A stretch of DNA of 32,000 nucleotides from Candidatus Hermodarchaeota archaeon (lineage in GTDB: Archaea; Asgardarchaeota; Heimdallarchaeia; Hodarchaeales; Hodarchaeaceae): positions 1 through 32,000 of the forward strand of contig JBHLKY010000019.1 in the NCBI GenBank assembly GCA_048886185.1, in the 5' to 3' direction. Shown here in pieces: positions 1 through 9,909 of this stretch. The notes beneath the pieces are model-generated. The model searched no databases and was not told the DNA's origin. It worked only from the letters and a program-made list of their open reading frames with translations. Position 1 is the stretch's first letter. Each line of letters starts with the position of its first letter. Both the position numbers and the translations under genes were made by a program.

Positions 1-779
1 TCGGTATCGATGATGACTTTGGTCCCAGAATTATAAAAAGTAAGACGAGTGAGAGTGGGGGTCTGACATAAAGACGCAAGAGATACATATGAAAAATGAA
101 GATGATTATCATGATTTTCATCATGAAAACGAGTCCAGAGCGGAGGATGGATGAAAAAACGGTCTAGTAAGGAATAAGGAAGGAAAGTTTGAGAAGGGTC
201 ATCTGTTCGCAGTACAGGAAAATCCGTAAATGTTCTCGACAGGGTAGCTCGAGCCACAAAATCATCAAATGAGGGAAAATCATTAACGGACTCCTCAAGG
301 GTGGTTAAATCCAGAAGAAGGTTATTTATTTTGAAGTGAAAAAGAATCCCATCACGAACAAAAGTGCCCCCAGGGGGATACTCAAAGAAATAACGGTATA
401 AATCAATAGGAAGAAGAGAAGAACTCGAACGATAATAATATTTAGGGATAATAAGCGACAACTCTTGGAGTAAAGATTGTAAGGTGCGATTGATCTGCTG
501 TTTGTCAAGCGTGGTAAAGGGGATGATTCGGATCTTAAAAGGCTCTTGGTGGAACAATAACTCGGGATAAAGGAACTGAAAAGGAGAACCGAGGTCGACT
601 CCCAACTCTTGGGCGAGAAGACGGGGAATAATAGGATCTGAATCTGTAAAATCGTAGGAATCAGCACACAGAGACTCTACAAGACGAGAAAGTCGCTGAT
701 GAACCATCTCTACAGATAGTTGGGTCTGGTCAAGAATCCGTTGGATGATTTGGTCAGCGTCAAGAGGCAATTCCTTCAT
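1..779 (-). CDS. Partial hypothetical protein that runs off the window start; N-terminus resembles the helical DUF2240/archaeal RPA N-terminal domain
   Basis: Manual translation gives a stop-free minus-strand frame from about 915 to 1. ATGs at 818, 803 and 779; from 779: MKELPLDADQIIQRILDQTQLSVEMVHQRLSRLVESL...IIPRLLAQELGVDL...TKVIIDT (259 full codons). Absent from the ORF track, presumably because its stop lies outside the window. Confidence 0.7.
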   Translation of the reverse strand, partial: MKELPLDADQIIQRILDQTQLSVEMVHQRLSRLVESLCADSYDFTDSDPIIPRLLAQELGVDLGSPFQFLYPELLFHQEPFKIRIIPFTTLDKQQINRTLQSLLQELSLIIPKYYYRSSSSLLPIDLYRYFFEYPPGGTFVRDGILFHFKINNLLLDLTTLEESVNDFPSFDDFVARATLSRTFTDFPVLRTDDPSQTFLPYSLLDRFFIHPPLWTRFHDENHDNHLHFSYVSLASLCQTPTLTRLTFYNSGTKVIIDT

Positions 780-1408
780 CCCGGACGAATTATGAGGAAC
801 CATATTGAGAAAACCCATGTATAAAAGGAAGAACGCTTTAATAAAGGTTTCGATTTTAAAAGACGGAAAAAAGAACATGGAAAAGGAAGAAAGGAGAAAG
901 AAGGAAATATTTTATGGCTTCACAGAAAAACACGAGGACTGTCGGGAGATAGGGTTACACATGCATTTGTAAGATCTGTGAAAATGAGTCTGTGGATTTT
1001 AAACAGTAAAATACCTATCAATGCATTGTAAATTATAGAGAATCATATCAATTTGCATTTCTTCCCTCCTAGCCTGATTAAATGTCTAACATCACTAATT
1101 TTATCCTATAAATTAAGCCAGTCAACTCATTCTGAGTATGAAACTGCAGGATATAACTTTAAGAGGATCTGTTGGTAAATTCATCAGGATAGTGATGAAA
1201 ACATATATTCCAAAGAATGAAAGTGAATCCATACTCCTATGATAGTTCGCGAATTTCACGCATTATTACATCGGTTGCAGCTTGAGGAGCATAAGGATGA
1301 ATTCACAATAAATTAAGATTACTCTGATTTCTTTTGTGTAAATAGCTTTTTGACATCTTGTAGATTTAAACCCGCTGTTTGCTTAAAAGATAACTAGAAT
1401 GAAACTTC

Positions 1409-1426
1409 TGTTCTAAAGTTAGTACA
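1409..1426. promoter_or_regulatory. 18-bp palindromic operator, copy 1
   Basis: TGTTCTAA-AG-TTAGTACA upstream of the SBP-wHTH operon; near-identical copies at 4320 and 4351. Confidence 0.7.
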
Positions 1427-1541
1427 GGCTGAAACAATATTAAAACAGCGGAAATGGGTAGAAAAATTTAAATCACATAAATTCTTGAATGAAATCTGTT
1501 CTGATTCCAAACAACAGATGAAAATTGGCAAGGATAAAGCT

Positions 1542-3710
1542 ATGAATCGCAAATCCCTACTAGTAATTTACATACAATTATTTCTATTATTAGCTATTTC
1601 AATTAATACATTTAAAGTATCTATGGTCTACAAAGAAACAATTCATGATGTGATGGCTGAAAATGAACAACTTGAACAACCTCCTAAGTCTATTACAATA
1701 ATTAATGGTATTCACGGACCGATGATACCAACCTTTCATCCAATGTATGATTCTCATTCATTACTTTCGCTCCCTTTTGATACACTTGTGGAAATAGATC
1801 CCATCACGAATGATGTCATTCCATCTTTAGCTAAACAATGGGTTGTAACTAATGACAGTAGACAATGGACCTTTTATATAAGAGAAAATGTTACATGCCA
1901 TGATGGTTCTAAATTCAATGCATCTGCTGTAGCTGCTGCATTTGACATGATTCTCGATCCAAGTAAAGTAAAGGGATATAATCCAGAGGAACCGTTTGAG
2001 GCAATACATGCCTATTATACAATGCCTCTTGAGTCTATACATATTATAGATGAATATATGATTCGTATTACATTTTCAATTCCCTATTCATCTTTTATAC
2101 GGATTCAAGCGTCTAGGATACGAATACCTTCATTGACAAGTTATCCTGCGATTAATATTGAGGATTTTAACTTGCCCATAGGCAGTGGCCCTTATATGCT
2201 TCAGAAAATCACCAATGAAGCTAACTACAACAATTATACATTCACAAAATTCAGCAACTATTTTCGTGGTGAGCCTCCTTTTGAAACAATCCATTATCTA
2301 CTTTATTGGAACTTAGAAGATGCTAATGAGGCCGTTCTAAATCAAAAAGGAGAGGTTGGTCCTTTGTATTCCGGTGAAATAGTGAATAATTCAGATATTA
2401 ACCTAGATTACTGGAGAATAAGCAAATATCAACAATTTGCAAATGGTTTAGATATTGGTTTCATTAATCATCAAAGGACTGCTGCCCTCACTAATAGGGA
2501 CGTTCGTCTCGCATTAAATTATGCTATCAATAAACAAGAATATATCGAGAGGACAACACTTGGATACCCACTTGATTCCTACATTCCAAAATCCCTCATT
2601 GTAGATAAATCTTTATGGAATGATTCTATTTTAAGCATTCCTTTCGATCCTGAACTTGCAAATACACTTTTAGATAAAGCAGGATATCCAAGAAAGAGTG
2701 AACTGGAAGGGTATCGTTTTACTCTAACAGTAGATGGAATTCCGATCATGAAAGACGAAATTATAGAAATTATGAAATCTCTTGACAAGATCGGTGTTAA
2801 ATGCGTTAGTACGATTCCCGATAATACTGGTGATATTGATTGGTTTAATGAGTTCTACCGGGGTGATTATGACATTTTTTTTCTAGGATTCGCTTTTACT
2901 AACGATTGGAGTTACAATGCATATGCACTTCTCAATTCCAAAGGAGCGCAAAACATTGGAACTCATGTCTTTGATCCTATTCTCGAAACTTTTACCTCTT
3001 TGGCCATTCAAACCCCAGTAAAGCAAGAGAAACACTTCTACCTCTCCAGGGTAGTTAACAGATTAGTTGAATATGTACCCCATATATTATTAGCAGAGAT
3101 GGAGTGTGGATATCTCAAAACAGCGTCAGTAGAGTCTCATATTTGGGTGGATCCTATTCCTCAAGGAGGAATATATTTTAATTTCGACAATAATCAAAGA
3201 ACAATTCCAAAAATAATCGAGAATGTCGAGATCACAAATCAATCGATTTATTTTCCATTTACTGATGGAATCATCACTACAAAGAAAAAATTCACGGTAA
3301 CTTCTGAAATGAGTTATAATTTACACACATTCAATCAAAAGGAAAAAGGAAAATATTTCAAAACAACTGTCGATGACCAAAAAACAGAATATTTTTTCCG
3401 TTGTTATTATGATCCTTATGAAATTGTTACTCCTGTAGATGAGGGGATTCCTGTATTTCTATGGGATGACCAATCTCAAGAATGGAAAGAAATTAAATCA
3501 GTGGTCAGAAATTCAAGCCTTAATTATGTTGAGATCAAAGTAGAAGGCGATATCCTCGTACGGGTTGGAGAAGGAATTATTGAACTTACTTTCAAATACT
3601 TTCCTGGAGTTACAATAGCTTTGGGGGTTTTTGTAACAATTGCTGCAGTCACTATTTACTACAATTATAGGCAAACAAATTATTTAAGGAGAGAGTATGA
3701 ACTGAAATGA
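1542..3710 (+). CDS. Family 5 (OppA/DppA-like) extracellular solute-binding protein with an extra C-terminal domain and TM anchor
   Basis: Canonical motif order DTLVEIDP..IPSLAKQW..WTFYIRENVTCHDG, PIGSGPY, DVRLALNYAINK; hydrophobic N-terminus; about 130-aa beta-rich extension, then a TM and short basic tail. ATG 1542 (MNRKSLLVIY) preferred over the track start at 1485. Confidence 0.85.
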   Translation: MNRKSLLVIYIQLFLLLAISINTFKVSMVYKETIHDVMAENEQLEQPPKSITIINGIHGPMIPTFHPMYDSHSLLSLPFDTLVEIDPITNDVIPSLAKQWVVTNDSRQWTFYIRENVTCHDGSKFNASAVAAAFDMILDPSKVKGYNPEEPFEAIHAYYTMPLESIHIIDEYMIRITFSIPYSSFIRIQASRIRIPSLTSYPAINIEDFNLPIGSGPYMLQKITNEANYNNYTFTKFSNYFRGEPPFETIHYLLYWNLEDANEAVLNQKGEVGPLYSGEIVNNSDINLDYWRISKYQQFANGLDIGFINHQRTAALTNRDVRLALNYAINKQEYIERTTLGYPLDSYIPKSLIVDKSLWNDSILSIPFDPELANTLLDKAGYPRKSELEGYRFTLTVDGIPIMKDEIIEIMKSLDKIGVKCVSTIPDNTGDIDWFNEFYRGDYDIFFLGFAFTNDWSYNAYALLNSKGAQNIGTHVFDPILETFTSLAIQTPVKQEKHFYLSRVVNRLVEYVPHILLAEMECGYLKTASVESHIWVDPIPQGGIYFNFDNNQRTIPKIIENVEITNQSIYFPFTDGIITTKKKFTVTSEMSYNLHTFNQKEKGKYFKTTVDDQKTEYFFRCYYDPYEIVTPVDEGIPVFLWDDQSQEWKEIKSVVRNSSLNYVEIKVEGDILVRVGEGIIELTFKYFPGVTIALGVFVTIAAVTIYYNYRQTNYLRREYELK

Positions 3711-4282
3711 AATCTCTTGATGATAAAAAAGATTTGTCACCAATAGAAGAAGATGATGTTTTAACTTATTCTCCGATTTTTTCCTTTATCCAACGAATTC
3801 TCCCCTTAGGGTTTCAAAAAATGCCAGACGATGAAGAATCAACGCAACGTAAAGAAGTCCTAAAGGGTAAACCTCTTCAAGTATATTGGTACCTTTTGAC
3901 GCATGGTGCTGCTGGGGTACGGGAAATTCAAAAATCTCTAAACTTCTCTTCACCCGGGGTAGTTTCGTATCAACTCAATAAGCTTTCTGAATTGGGAATC
4001 ATTTCACAACATGAGGATTCAGATAAATATTACATAAAAGAGGAAGTTAAATCAGGAATTCTTGGATTTTATGTGCGGGTTGGATATCGAATGATTCCCC
4101 GCTTTTCCATTTACTTAAGTTTGTTTATTTGTGGGTTTCTTGCCTTTTTTGTATTCTCCTTCACCATGGGTGATGGTTTCATTACTCATCCTGGAAGCAT
4201 TTTACTTTTTTTGTTTCTAACAATTGGGACACTAGTTTTTGTCTTTGAATCGCGAAAAATCTGGAAGATTCGGCCAGATTGA
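3707..4282 (+). CDS. Membrane-tethered winged-helix transcription regulator (wHTH plus 2 C-terminal TM)
   Basis: VYWYLLTHGAAGVREIQKSLNFSSPGVVSYQLNKLSELGII helix-turn-helix/wing pattern, two hydrophobic helices at the C-terminus; ATGA overlap with the upstream stop. Confidence 0.8.
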   Translation: MKSLDDKKDLSPIEEDDVLTYSPIFSFIQRILPLGFQKMPDDEESTQRKEVLKGKPLQVYWYLLTHGAAGVREIQKSLNFSSPGVVSYQLNKLSELGIISQHEDSDKYYIKEEVKSGILGFYVRVGYRMIPRFSIYLSLFICGFLAFFVFSFTMGDGFITHPGSILLFLFLTIGTLVFVFESRKIWKIRPD

Positions 4283-4319
4283 GATGTTCAATCAAAAAAA
4301 TGTGATCTTTCAAAACTAG

Positions 4320-4368
4320 TGTTCTAACTTTGGTACAATAAATAATTCATTGTATTAAAGTTAGGACA
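4320..4368. promoter_or_regulatory. 18-bp palindromic operator, copies 2 and 3
   Basis: TGTTCTAA-CT-TTGGTACA (4320-4337) and TGTATTAA-AG-TTAGGACA (4351-4368), 31 bp apart, about 20 bp upstream of a TTTATATA box at 4388. Confidence 0.7.
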
Positions 4369-4485
4369 GTAAAAACCCGTGTAAAACTTTATATAGGAGT
4401 TTTGGTGATATCTACAAGTATTGTTTTATACAAATTCTGTAAATAAATAGTTTTTAGAATAAAAAAAAACAAGGATGTGTTGTGT

Positions 4486-6237
4486 ATGATGAAGAAAGAA
4501 TGGTTACTGGCTATTGGTTTTATAATTTTAATAGCTCTAATAGGACAAGGAATAAATCCTATTACTTCTGAAAAACTAGATTTAGATGATTTGGGGTATT
4601 CCACTCTCTTTGGGGGATCAGCGATTGATATTGGAACCGCAGTAACTCAAGATAGTCAGGGAAATATAATTATTGTAGGGCTTACCTATTCAACGGATTT
4701 TCCCGTAACTCCTGGAGCTTTCGACGAGACTCATAATGGAGGTGCAGATGTTTTTGTGAGTAAATTTTCCCCAGATGGGTCTTCATTAATATTCTCAACT
4801 TATATTGGCGGGAGTGCTGATGAACTACATTACTACTCAATAGATCATTGGGATTCGAAGATTGCCGTTGCGGTTGATTCTGCAGATAATATCATAGTTC
4901 ATGGTCCAACCCATTCGACTGATTTTCCCGTGACCCCTGGGGCATATGATGAAACATATAATGGAGCACTCGTTGATGGAGAGAATCATACGGGAGATAT
5001 GTTTGTTCTTAAATTAGCGAAAGATGGGTCTGATCTCTTGTTTTCTACTTATCTCGGTGGATCTGATGCAGAAGGGAATGCTCATAGTTTAGCAGTAGAT
5101 AAGTCAGACAATATCTACTTATCAGGATGGACTCGATCAATTGACTTTCCCACAACATCAGATGCATTGAATACAACGCATAATGGGAAATGGGATGCTT
5201 TTATTTCAATATTAGCGGCGAATGGCTCCTTACTTCTTTATTCCACTTATTTTGGGGGATCGAACTTTGAAGTCTACATGAACATCTTATTGGACAGTGA
5301 AAATAATATCTATATTTGTGGGGAGACCTACTCTCTAGATCTCCCAATTACACCCAACGCCTTTGATTCTGTGGGTAAATCAGTTGGGGATTATAATTGT
5401 GATGGATTTATCGCAAAGATATCAATGGATGGATCCGAACTCTTGTATTCGTCGTATATAAGCGGTTCTGACCCCGATACTATTTTTGATATGGCTGTTG
5501 ATGATTCTGGAAAAATGTATTTGGCGGGTTTTACACTTTCTTCAGATCTAGAAATCACCTCTAATGCATATGATATGACCTTCAATTCTTTGGGAGAAAC
5601 CGATGATGGCATTCTTATGAAAATCGCCCCAAGTGGAGACCTACTCTATTCCACCTTTCTTGGAGGTTCAGATATAGATGTAATTGAAAAAATCCTTCTG
5701 GACAACGAGGGTAATATCTATCTTATGGGTGTTTCTCAATCTACTAATTTTCCAACAACCTCAAATGCCTATTCAACAACACACAGGGGAAATTTCGATT
5801 TCATTATCACGAAAATGCCTTCAGATGGTTCATGTATTTTATATTCCACATATATAGGAGGAAGTGGATATGAGCCCACTTTATGGCAGGGTAGAGGTTG
5901 GCGGAATATACCTGATCTTCTACTTCTTAGCGAGAATTCTGTGGTTATTGTAGGTACCACTGATTCCACAGATTATCCCGTAACAAACAATGCGTTGAAT
6001 AAGACATTGAATGGCCAATCAGATGTCTGTATATCTCAATTGGAGCTTACCGATCTCCCAATACCCACATCAACAGAGGAAACTTCTACCAGTACGATTT
6101 CTCTACCAACAACCACTAGAGTAGAGGGGATATCAACCAGTGATTCAAAAACAACAAATCAAGTGAATTCATCATTTCTATTTCCTTTTCTGCTAACAAT
6201 AGGAATGATAATTATTGTACAACGAAAAAGAAAGTAA
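4486..6237 (+). CDS. SBBP beta-propeller repeat surface protein with Thr/Ser linker and C-terminal TM anchor
   Basis: Repeated STY(I/L/F)GGS..D...AVD..DNIY(L/I).G.T.S.DFP.T..A(F/Y)D units; signal peptide; C-terminal TM plus QRKRK. Confidence 0.88.
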   Translation: MMKKEWLLAIGFIILIALIGQGINPITSEKLDLDDLGYSTLFGGSAIDIGTAVTQDSQGNIIIVGLTYSTDFPVTPGAFDETHNGGADVFVSKFSPDGSSLIFSTYIGGSADELHYYSIDHWDSKIAVAVDSADNIIVHGPTHSTDFPVTPGAYDETYNGALVDGENHTGDMFVLKLAKDGSDLLFSTYLGGSDAEGNAHSLAVDKSDNIYLSGWTRSIDFPTTSDALNTTHNGKWDAFISILAANGSLLLYSTYFGGSNFEVYMNILLDSENNIYICGETYSLDLPITPNAFDSVGKSVGDYNCDGFIAKISMDGSELLYSSYISGSDPDTIFDMAVDDSGKMYLAGFTLSSDLEITSNAYDMTFNSLGETDDGILMKIAPSGDLLYSTFLGGSDIDVIEKILLDNEGNIYLMGVSQSTNFPTTSNAYSTTHRGNFDFIITKMPSDGSCILYSTYIGGSGYEPTLWQGRGWRNIPDLLLLSENSVVIVGTTDSTDYPVTNNALNKTLNGQSDVCISQLELTDLPIPTSTEETSTSTISLPTTTRVEGISTSDSKTTNQVNSSFLFPFLLTIGMIIIVQRKRK

Positions 6238-6240
6238 CTT

Positions 6241-6260
6241 CACTTTCTCCCTTTTTTTCA
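6241..6260 (+). terminator. Possible archaeal oligo-T terminator
   Basis: Pyrimidine tract ending in T7 immediately after the SBBP stop. Confidence 0.35.
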
Positions 6261-6462
6261 TTATCCATCATCTCGATACAGGCGAAATTGAATGTAATCT
6301 CCTTGAGTTTTCAGAAAAGATTGATTTTTGTCATTTAATTAGTCTATTCCATTAAAGATTATTTCTCGAGTTTCAACATGATATTTTCGATTGACGGATT
6401 GACTTCAGAAGTAATTACAATTGGATCTGCTCCTGTTTAGGATAGAACTACCCGAATTACTC

Positions 6463-9400
6463 TTACTCATCATTCGATCCTGATCGGTTACTCTTTGTTT
6501 CTTCCTGTATCACAATAGACTTGGCTTCGAGAAGATATTCTTGGACTATTTGGGTTTGTATATCCTGTGGAAGAGGTTTTCCTTCTTTTGTAAGAGAATA
6601 GATTTTATTTTTGTGTTTTTCAAAGACTTCAGTTTCCTTTTGAACAATATCCTGATAATAGGTAATTTGATGTTTCTCTGCAGTTTTGATACAGTCATTG
6701 AACCAATCTTCTGCATCGTCAAACTCCATAGCAGCTAGAGTAATTCGAGCATGAGTGAGATAAGCCCAACACAAACTACCATAGATTTTATTTTTTCTAC
6801 AAAATTCCTGCCATTCATTTACCTGAAATATCAAATTTTCATAATCAGGAGGAAAAGGATTACTAAGCCAAGTTCTGAATTCAAGATTTACTAGTGATCC
6901 TTGACAAATGGCACAATATTCAATTTTTAAATCTTTAAAATCCAATGCATCGTTCCAAGCTTTATTTGCTACCCCCCAGTTTTTCTCCTCTTCTGCTAGT
7001 ACTGCTTCTACCATATCATAAAAAGCTTTTACAGTTAATCCTGATTCCGAAGGTTGAGGAAATTTTTCAAGAATAGGGTTAACAATACGTAAATCTCCCC
7101 TATCTTTTTCGATCCATACGATATTAAAAATAGTTTCAGCTACTAAAGGCTTATTCCCTAGACGTTCTGAGATTATTTGGGCTTGTTCAAAATGCTCAAT
7201 TGCATTTTTATATTTATTTTGAAGAATTAAAGTCTTTCCTTTATTCAACAATGTTTTTGCGTGCGTTCCAGCTCTTAAGAAATCGGTATAACTAGTAAAA
7301 CCTGTTTTGTGAACTTTTTGTGCTGTCTCATAGTCAGGTGCTTTAAGACGAGCGACTAGTGCTTCATGGTTCCTTTGTTTGATATAATATAATGAAATAA
7401 CACTAAAACCAATAATGATCAGAAAGGAAATTACTAGTACATGTGGAGCACTAAGACTTATTAGGGGTACACTCCAAAAATCTAGGGGATTACTGTTCCC
7501 TCTGATTTCATCCACATTTCTGACCCAATCTCCGTCTGAATCATAATAAGCATCATTACTGTCTCTTGGATGGAAATTGTAAGTGAATTCCCATAAATTA
7601 GTCATGCCATCTCCATCTGGATCACCATTAGCGTCATTAAAGTTTGGATCTAACCTCATTAGCAGCTCCCAACCATCTACCATGCCATCTGCATCAGAAT
7701 CATGATTATTAGGCTTTGTTCCTAAAAAAAACTCCATACTATTCATAAGTCCATCATTATCATTATCATCGAACTTATCCCAGAAATTACTAGAATCTAA
7801 TCCATATCGACGTTCCCAGATGTCTTGTAGACCGTCATAATCGAGATCCATTGGTATCGGAGAGATATTCCATTGGGAGATTAGTCCCTCACTCTCACCA
7901 ATGACTAAATTTCCTCCATCAGGAGAAAAAGCAATTGTAGTAAAATATGAATCTTTACTATGTATGATTAAGATATCCTTTGAAAGATCTTCCCCACTCG
8001 TTAGGTTCCAAAATGTTATTCTTTCATTGTCACAACTAGCAAGAAAATTACCCTCAGGTGAAAATAATACAGAATTCACACCTCTATCGTTTTTAAGTGT
8101 TTTAATTTCTTTTCCATTAAATACATCCCAGATTTTAATGGTTCCATCAATGCAACCTGACACTAATAAGGAGCCATCAGGGGAAAAAGTAACAGAGGAA
8201 ACCTTTTTTGTGTGATTATCGAATATTTTTGCTATATCCCAATAATTAGAATAATTTTCATTAACAAGCCAAATAATTACATTATTTTCCTGGCAAGCAG
8301 CCAATAATTCTCCATTGGGAGAGAATACCAAAGAAGAGAATTCTCCTTCTAAATATCCTAAGTCATAGTTTGTATGTTTTTCCTTTTGAGTTATGTTCCA
8401 GGGTTTTATCTTACCATCATGGCCTGTTACCAGCAATTTTCCATTTGGAGAAAAAGCAACACAAGAAGTGGGTTCATAAGTTTCAAAATAATGAATTGGA
8501 ATTATATTTGAAAAATTGGATATGTTATAGAGAAAAATTCCGTTAGAATATTTATAACCAAAGGCTAAAATTGGATGTTGTGAAATTGCGACAGAGGAAA
8601 TTTCGTCATCAAAACGCTGATAGCTCAATATAGGATCTTTTGCATCAGTCATGTTCCAAATGCATATGAGTTTGTCTTTACTCCCTGATATTAAGAGTTG
8701 ACCGTCAGGGGAAAACATTAAAGAATTTATTTTTTCTATATGGCGGTTTAATGGCCTTAGTTTAGGATCTGGTTTATCTGCGATATTCCAAAGTTTTATC
8801 AACTCCCCATCGCTTGAAGCTAAAGTGGTTCCATCCGGAGAAAAAACTACCCGATAAACCTCGTTCGAAAACTCAGTTAAGTTGGAAAACTCAGTTAATT
8901 TCCCATTGCTTATCTTCCATAGTTTAATAGAACGATCTTTGCTACCAGACGCTAAGAGGGTTCCCCTTGGTGAAAAATCTACAGACATCACAGATACGCT
9001 GTGGGTTATATTGACAAAATTCTTGCCATCAGTTAAGTTCCATAGTTTTATTTTACCGTCTTCACTACTAGAGGCAAGTATTGATCCATCTGGTGAAAAA
9101 GTTACGTGACTAATAACAGTTTCATGTCCGTTTAGTGGTGAGATGGGTAATTGTTCCCAAGTAGAGGTGTTCCATAATTTTATTGAATTATTATACCCAA
9201 ACTGCCCTGCAGCTAAAATCTTGCCATTCGGAGAAAAGTTAAGATTCAGCGCCCCTGACGGTAGAGACAAGTTTTGGATATTCTCATATGTAGTCAAATC
9301 CCAAATCCTGACATATTCTGTATGTCCACATGAAGCTAATAGGTTTCCATATGGCGAAATCTCGACATCTCCTATAGAACCACCTATAGTAGTAGGATAT

Positions 9401-9876
9401 ACGGTGAAATTACATAATTCCCGTCCCCTCAAGTCCCAGATTCGTATAGTTTTGTCATCACCCCCAGAAGCTAATATCGATCCGTCAGGGGAAAAAGCTA
9501 TCGATCTTATAAAACCTTTATGTCCCCTTAAGGTTAAAAATTCTTGATCATCTCTGTAAAAGTCCCTCATTCTCCAGATTTTAATATCATTACCATTTCC
9601 AGAGGCAAGCAACAGTCCATCAAATGAGAAAGCTAAAGCTTTTCGTGTTCCAGCATTAAATGAATGGTACAGTTCATTGAAAGGTGGATTCACCTTTTGG
9701 GATTCTAAAACCTTATTCTTAACCGAGGCACTAGAATAAAGATCGGATGATATATTATGACTTTCATGATGTTGATTCTCAAGTACAGGATAGAAATTTA
9801 AAGAGAAGGCTAAACAATTGACTAGAATAATAGCTATGATCAAAAAGTAAGAGGAAAAGAGATCATACTTTCCCAT
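6463..9876 (-). CDS. Receptor-like membrane protein: signal/TM, 14 WD40 repeats, 5 DxDxD(G) Ca-binding (TSP3-like) repeats, TM, TPR-like cytoplasmic domain
   Basis: 14 counted FSPDG..LASG..D..I.(L/I)W units; DLDYDGL, DNDNDGL, DSDADGM, DPDGDGM, DSDGDWV; TM HVLVISFLIIIGFSVISLYYI followed by KQR; all-helical tail of about 290 aa. Confidence 0.88.
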   Translation of the reverse strand: MGKYDLFSSYFLIIAIILVNCLAFSLNFYPVLENQHHESHNISSDLYSSASVKNKVLESQKVNPPFNELYHSFNAGTRKALAFSFDGLLLASGNGNDIKIWRMRDFYRDDQEFLTLRGHKGFIRSIAFSPDGSILASGGDDKTIRIWDLRGRELCNFTVYPTTIGGSIGDVEISPYGNLLASCGHTEYVRIWDLTTYENIQNLSLPSGALNLNFSPNGKILAAGQFGYNNSIKLWNTSTWEQLPISPLNGHETVISHVTFSPDGSILASSSEDGKIKLWNLTDGKNFVNITHSVSVMSVDFSPRGTLLASGSKDRSIKLWKISNGKLTEFSNLTEFSNEVYRVVFSPDGTTLASSDGELIKLWNIADKPDPKLRPLNRHIEKINSLMFSPDGQLLISGSKDKLICIWNMTDAKDPILSYQRFDDEISSVAISQHPILAFGYKYSNGIFLYNISNFSNIIPIHYFETYEPTSCVAFSPNGKLLVTGHDGKIKPWNITQKEKHTNYDLGYLEGEFSSLVFSPNGELLAACQENNVIIWLVNENYSNYWDIAKIFDNHTKKVSSVTFSPDGSLLVSGCIDGTIKIWDVFNGKEIKTLKNDRGVNSVLFSPEGNFLASCDNERITFWNLTSGEDLSKDILIIHSKDSYFTTIAFSPDGGNLVIGESEGLISQWNISPIPMDLDYDGLQDIWERRYGLDSSNFWDKFDDNDNDGLMNSMEFFLGTKPNNHDSDADGMVDGWELLMRLDPNFNDANGDPDGDGMTNLWEFTYNFHPRDSNDAYYDSDGDWVRNVDEIRGNSNPLDFWSVPLISLSAPHVLVISFLIIIGFSVISLYYIKQRNHEALVARLKAPDYETAQKVHKTGFTSYTDFLRAGTHAKTLLNKGKTLILQNKYKNAIEHFEQAQIISERLGNKPLVAETIFNIVWIEKDRGDLRIVNPILEKFPQPSESGLTVKAFYDMVEAVLAEEEKNWGVANKAWNDALDFKDLKIEYCAICQGSLVNLEFRTWLSNPFPPDYENLIFQVNEWQEFCRKNKIYGSLCWAYLTHARITLAAMEFDDAEDWFNDCIKTAEKHQITYYQDIVQKETEVFEKHKNKIYSLTKEGKPLPQDIQTQIVQEYLLEAKSIVIQEETKSNRSGSNDE

Positions 9877-9909
9877 GAATGTCCCTTCGATTAATATAGA
9901 ACAGTTATT

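Noticed and set aside
326-667. Track ORF of 113 aa on the minus strand
   Set aside because: Fully nested in another frame of the longer same-strand ORF (779 to <1); no motif.
840-1035. Possible IS end and an ATGCATT(T)GTAA repeat at 961 and 1021
   Set aside because: No second terminus or target duplication can be verified inside the window; the repeat is short and AT-rich.
1080-1300. Minus-strand frame reading HPYAPQAATDVIMREIRELS*EYGFTFILWN, possibly a gene remnant
   Set aside because: Multiple stops and no recognisable family; cannot be supported without a search.
4320-4368. 20-bp RNA hairpin whose three non-Watson-Crick pairs are all G:U on the plus strand
   Set aside because: More simply explained as two copies of the palindromic operator also found singly at 1409; an RNA role is not excluded but is not needed.
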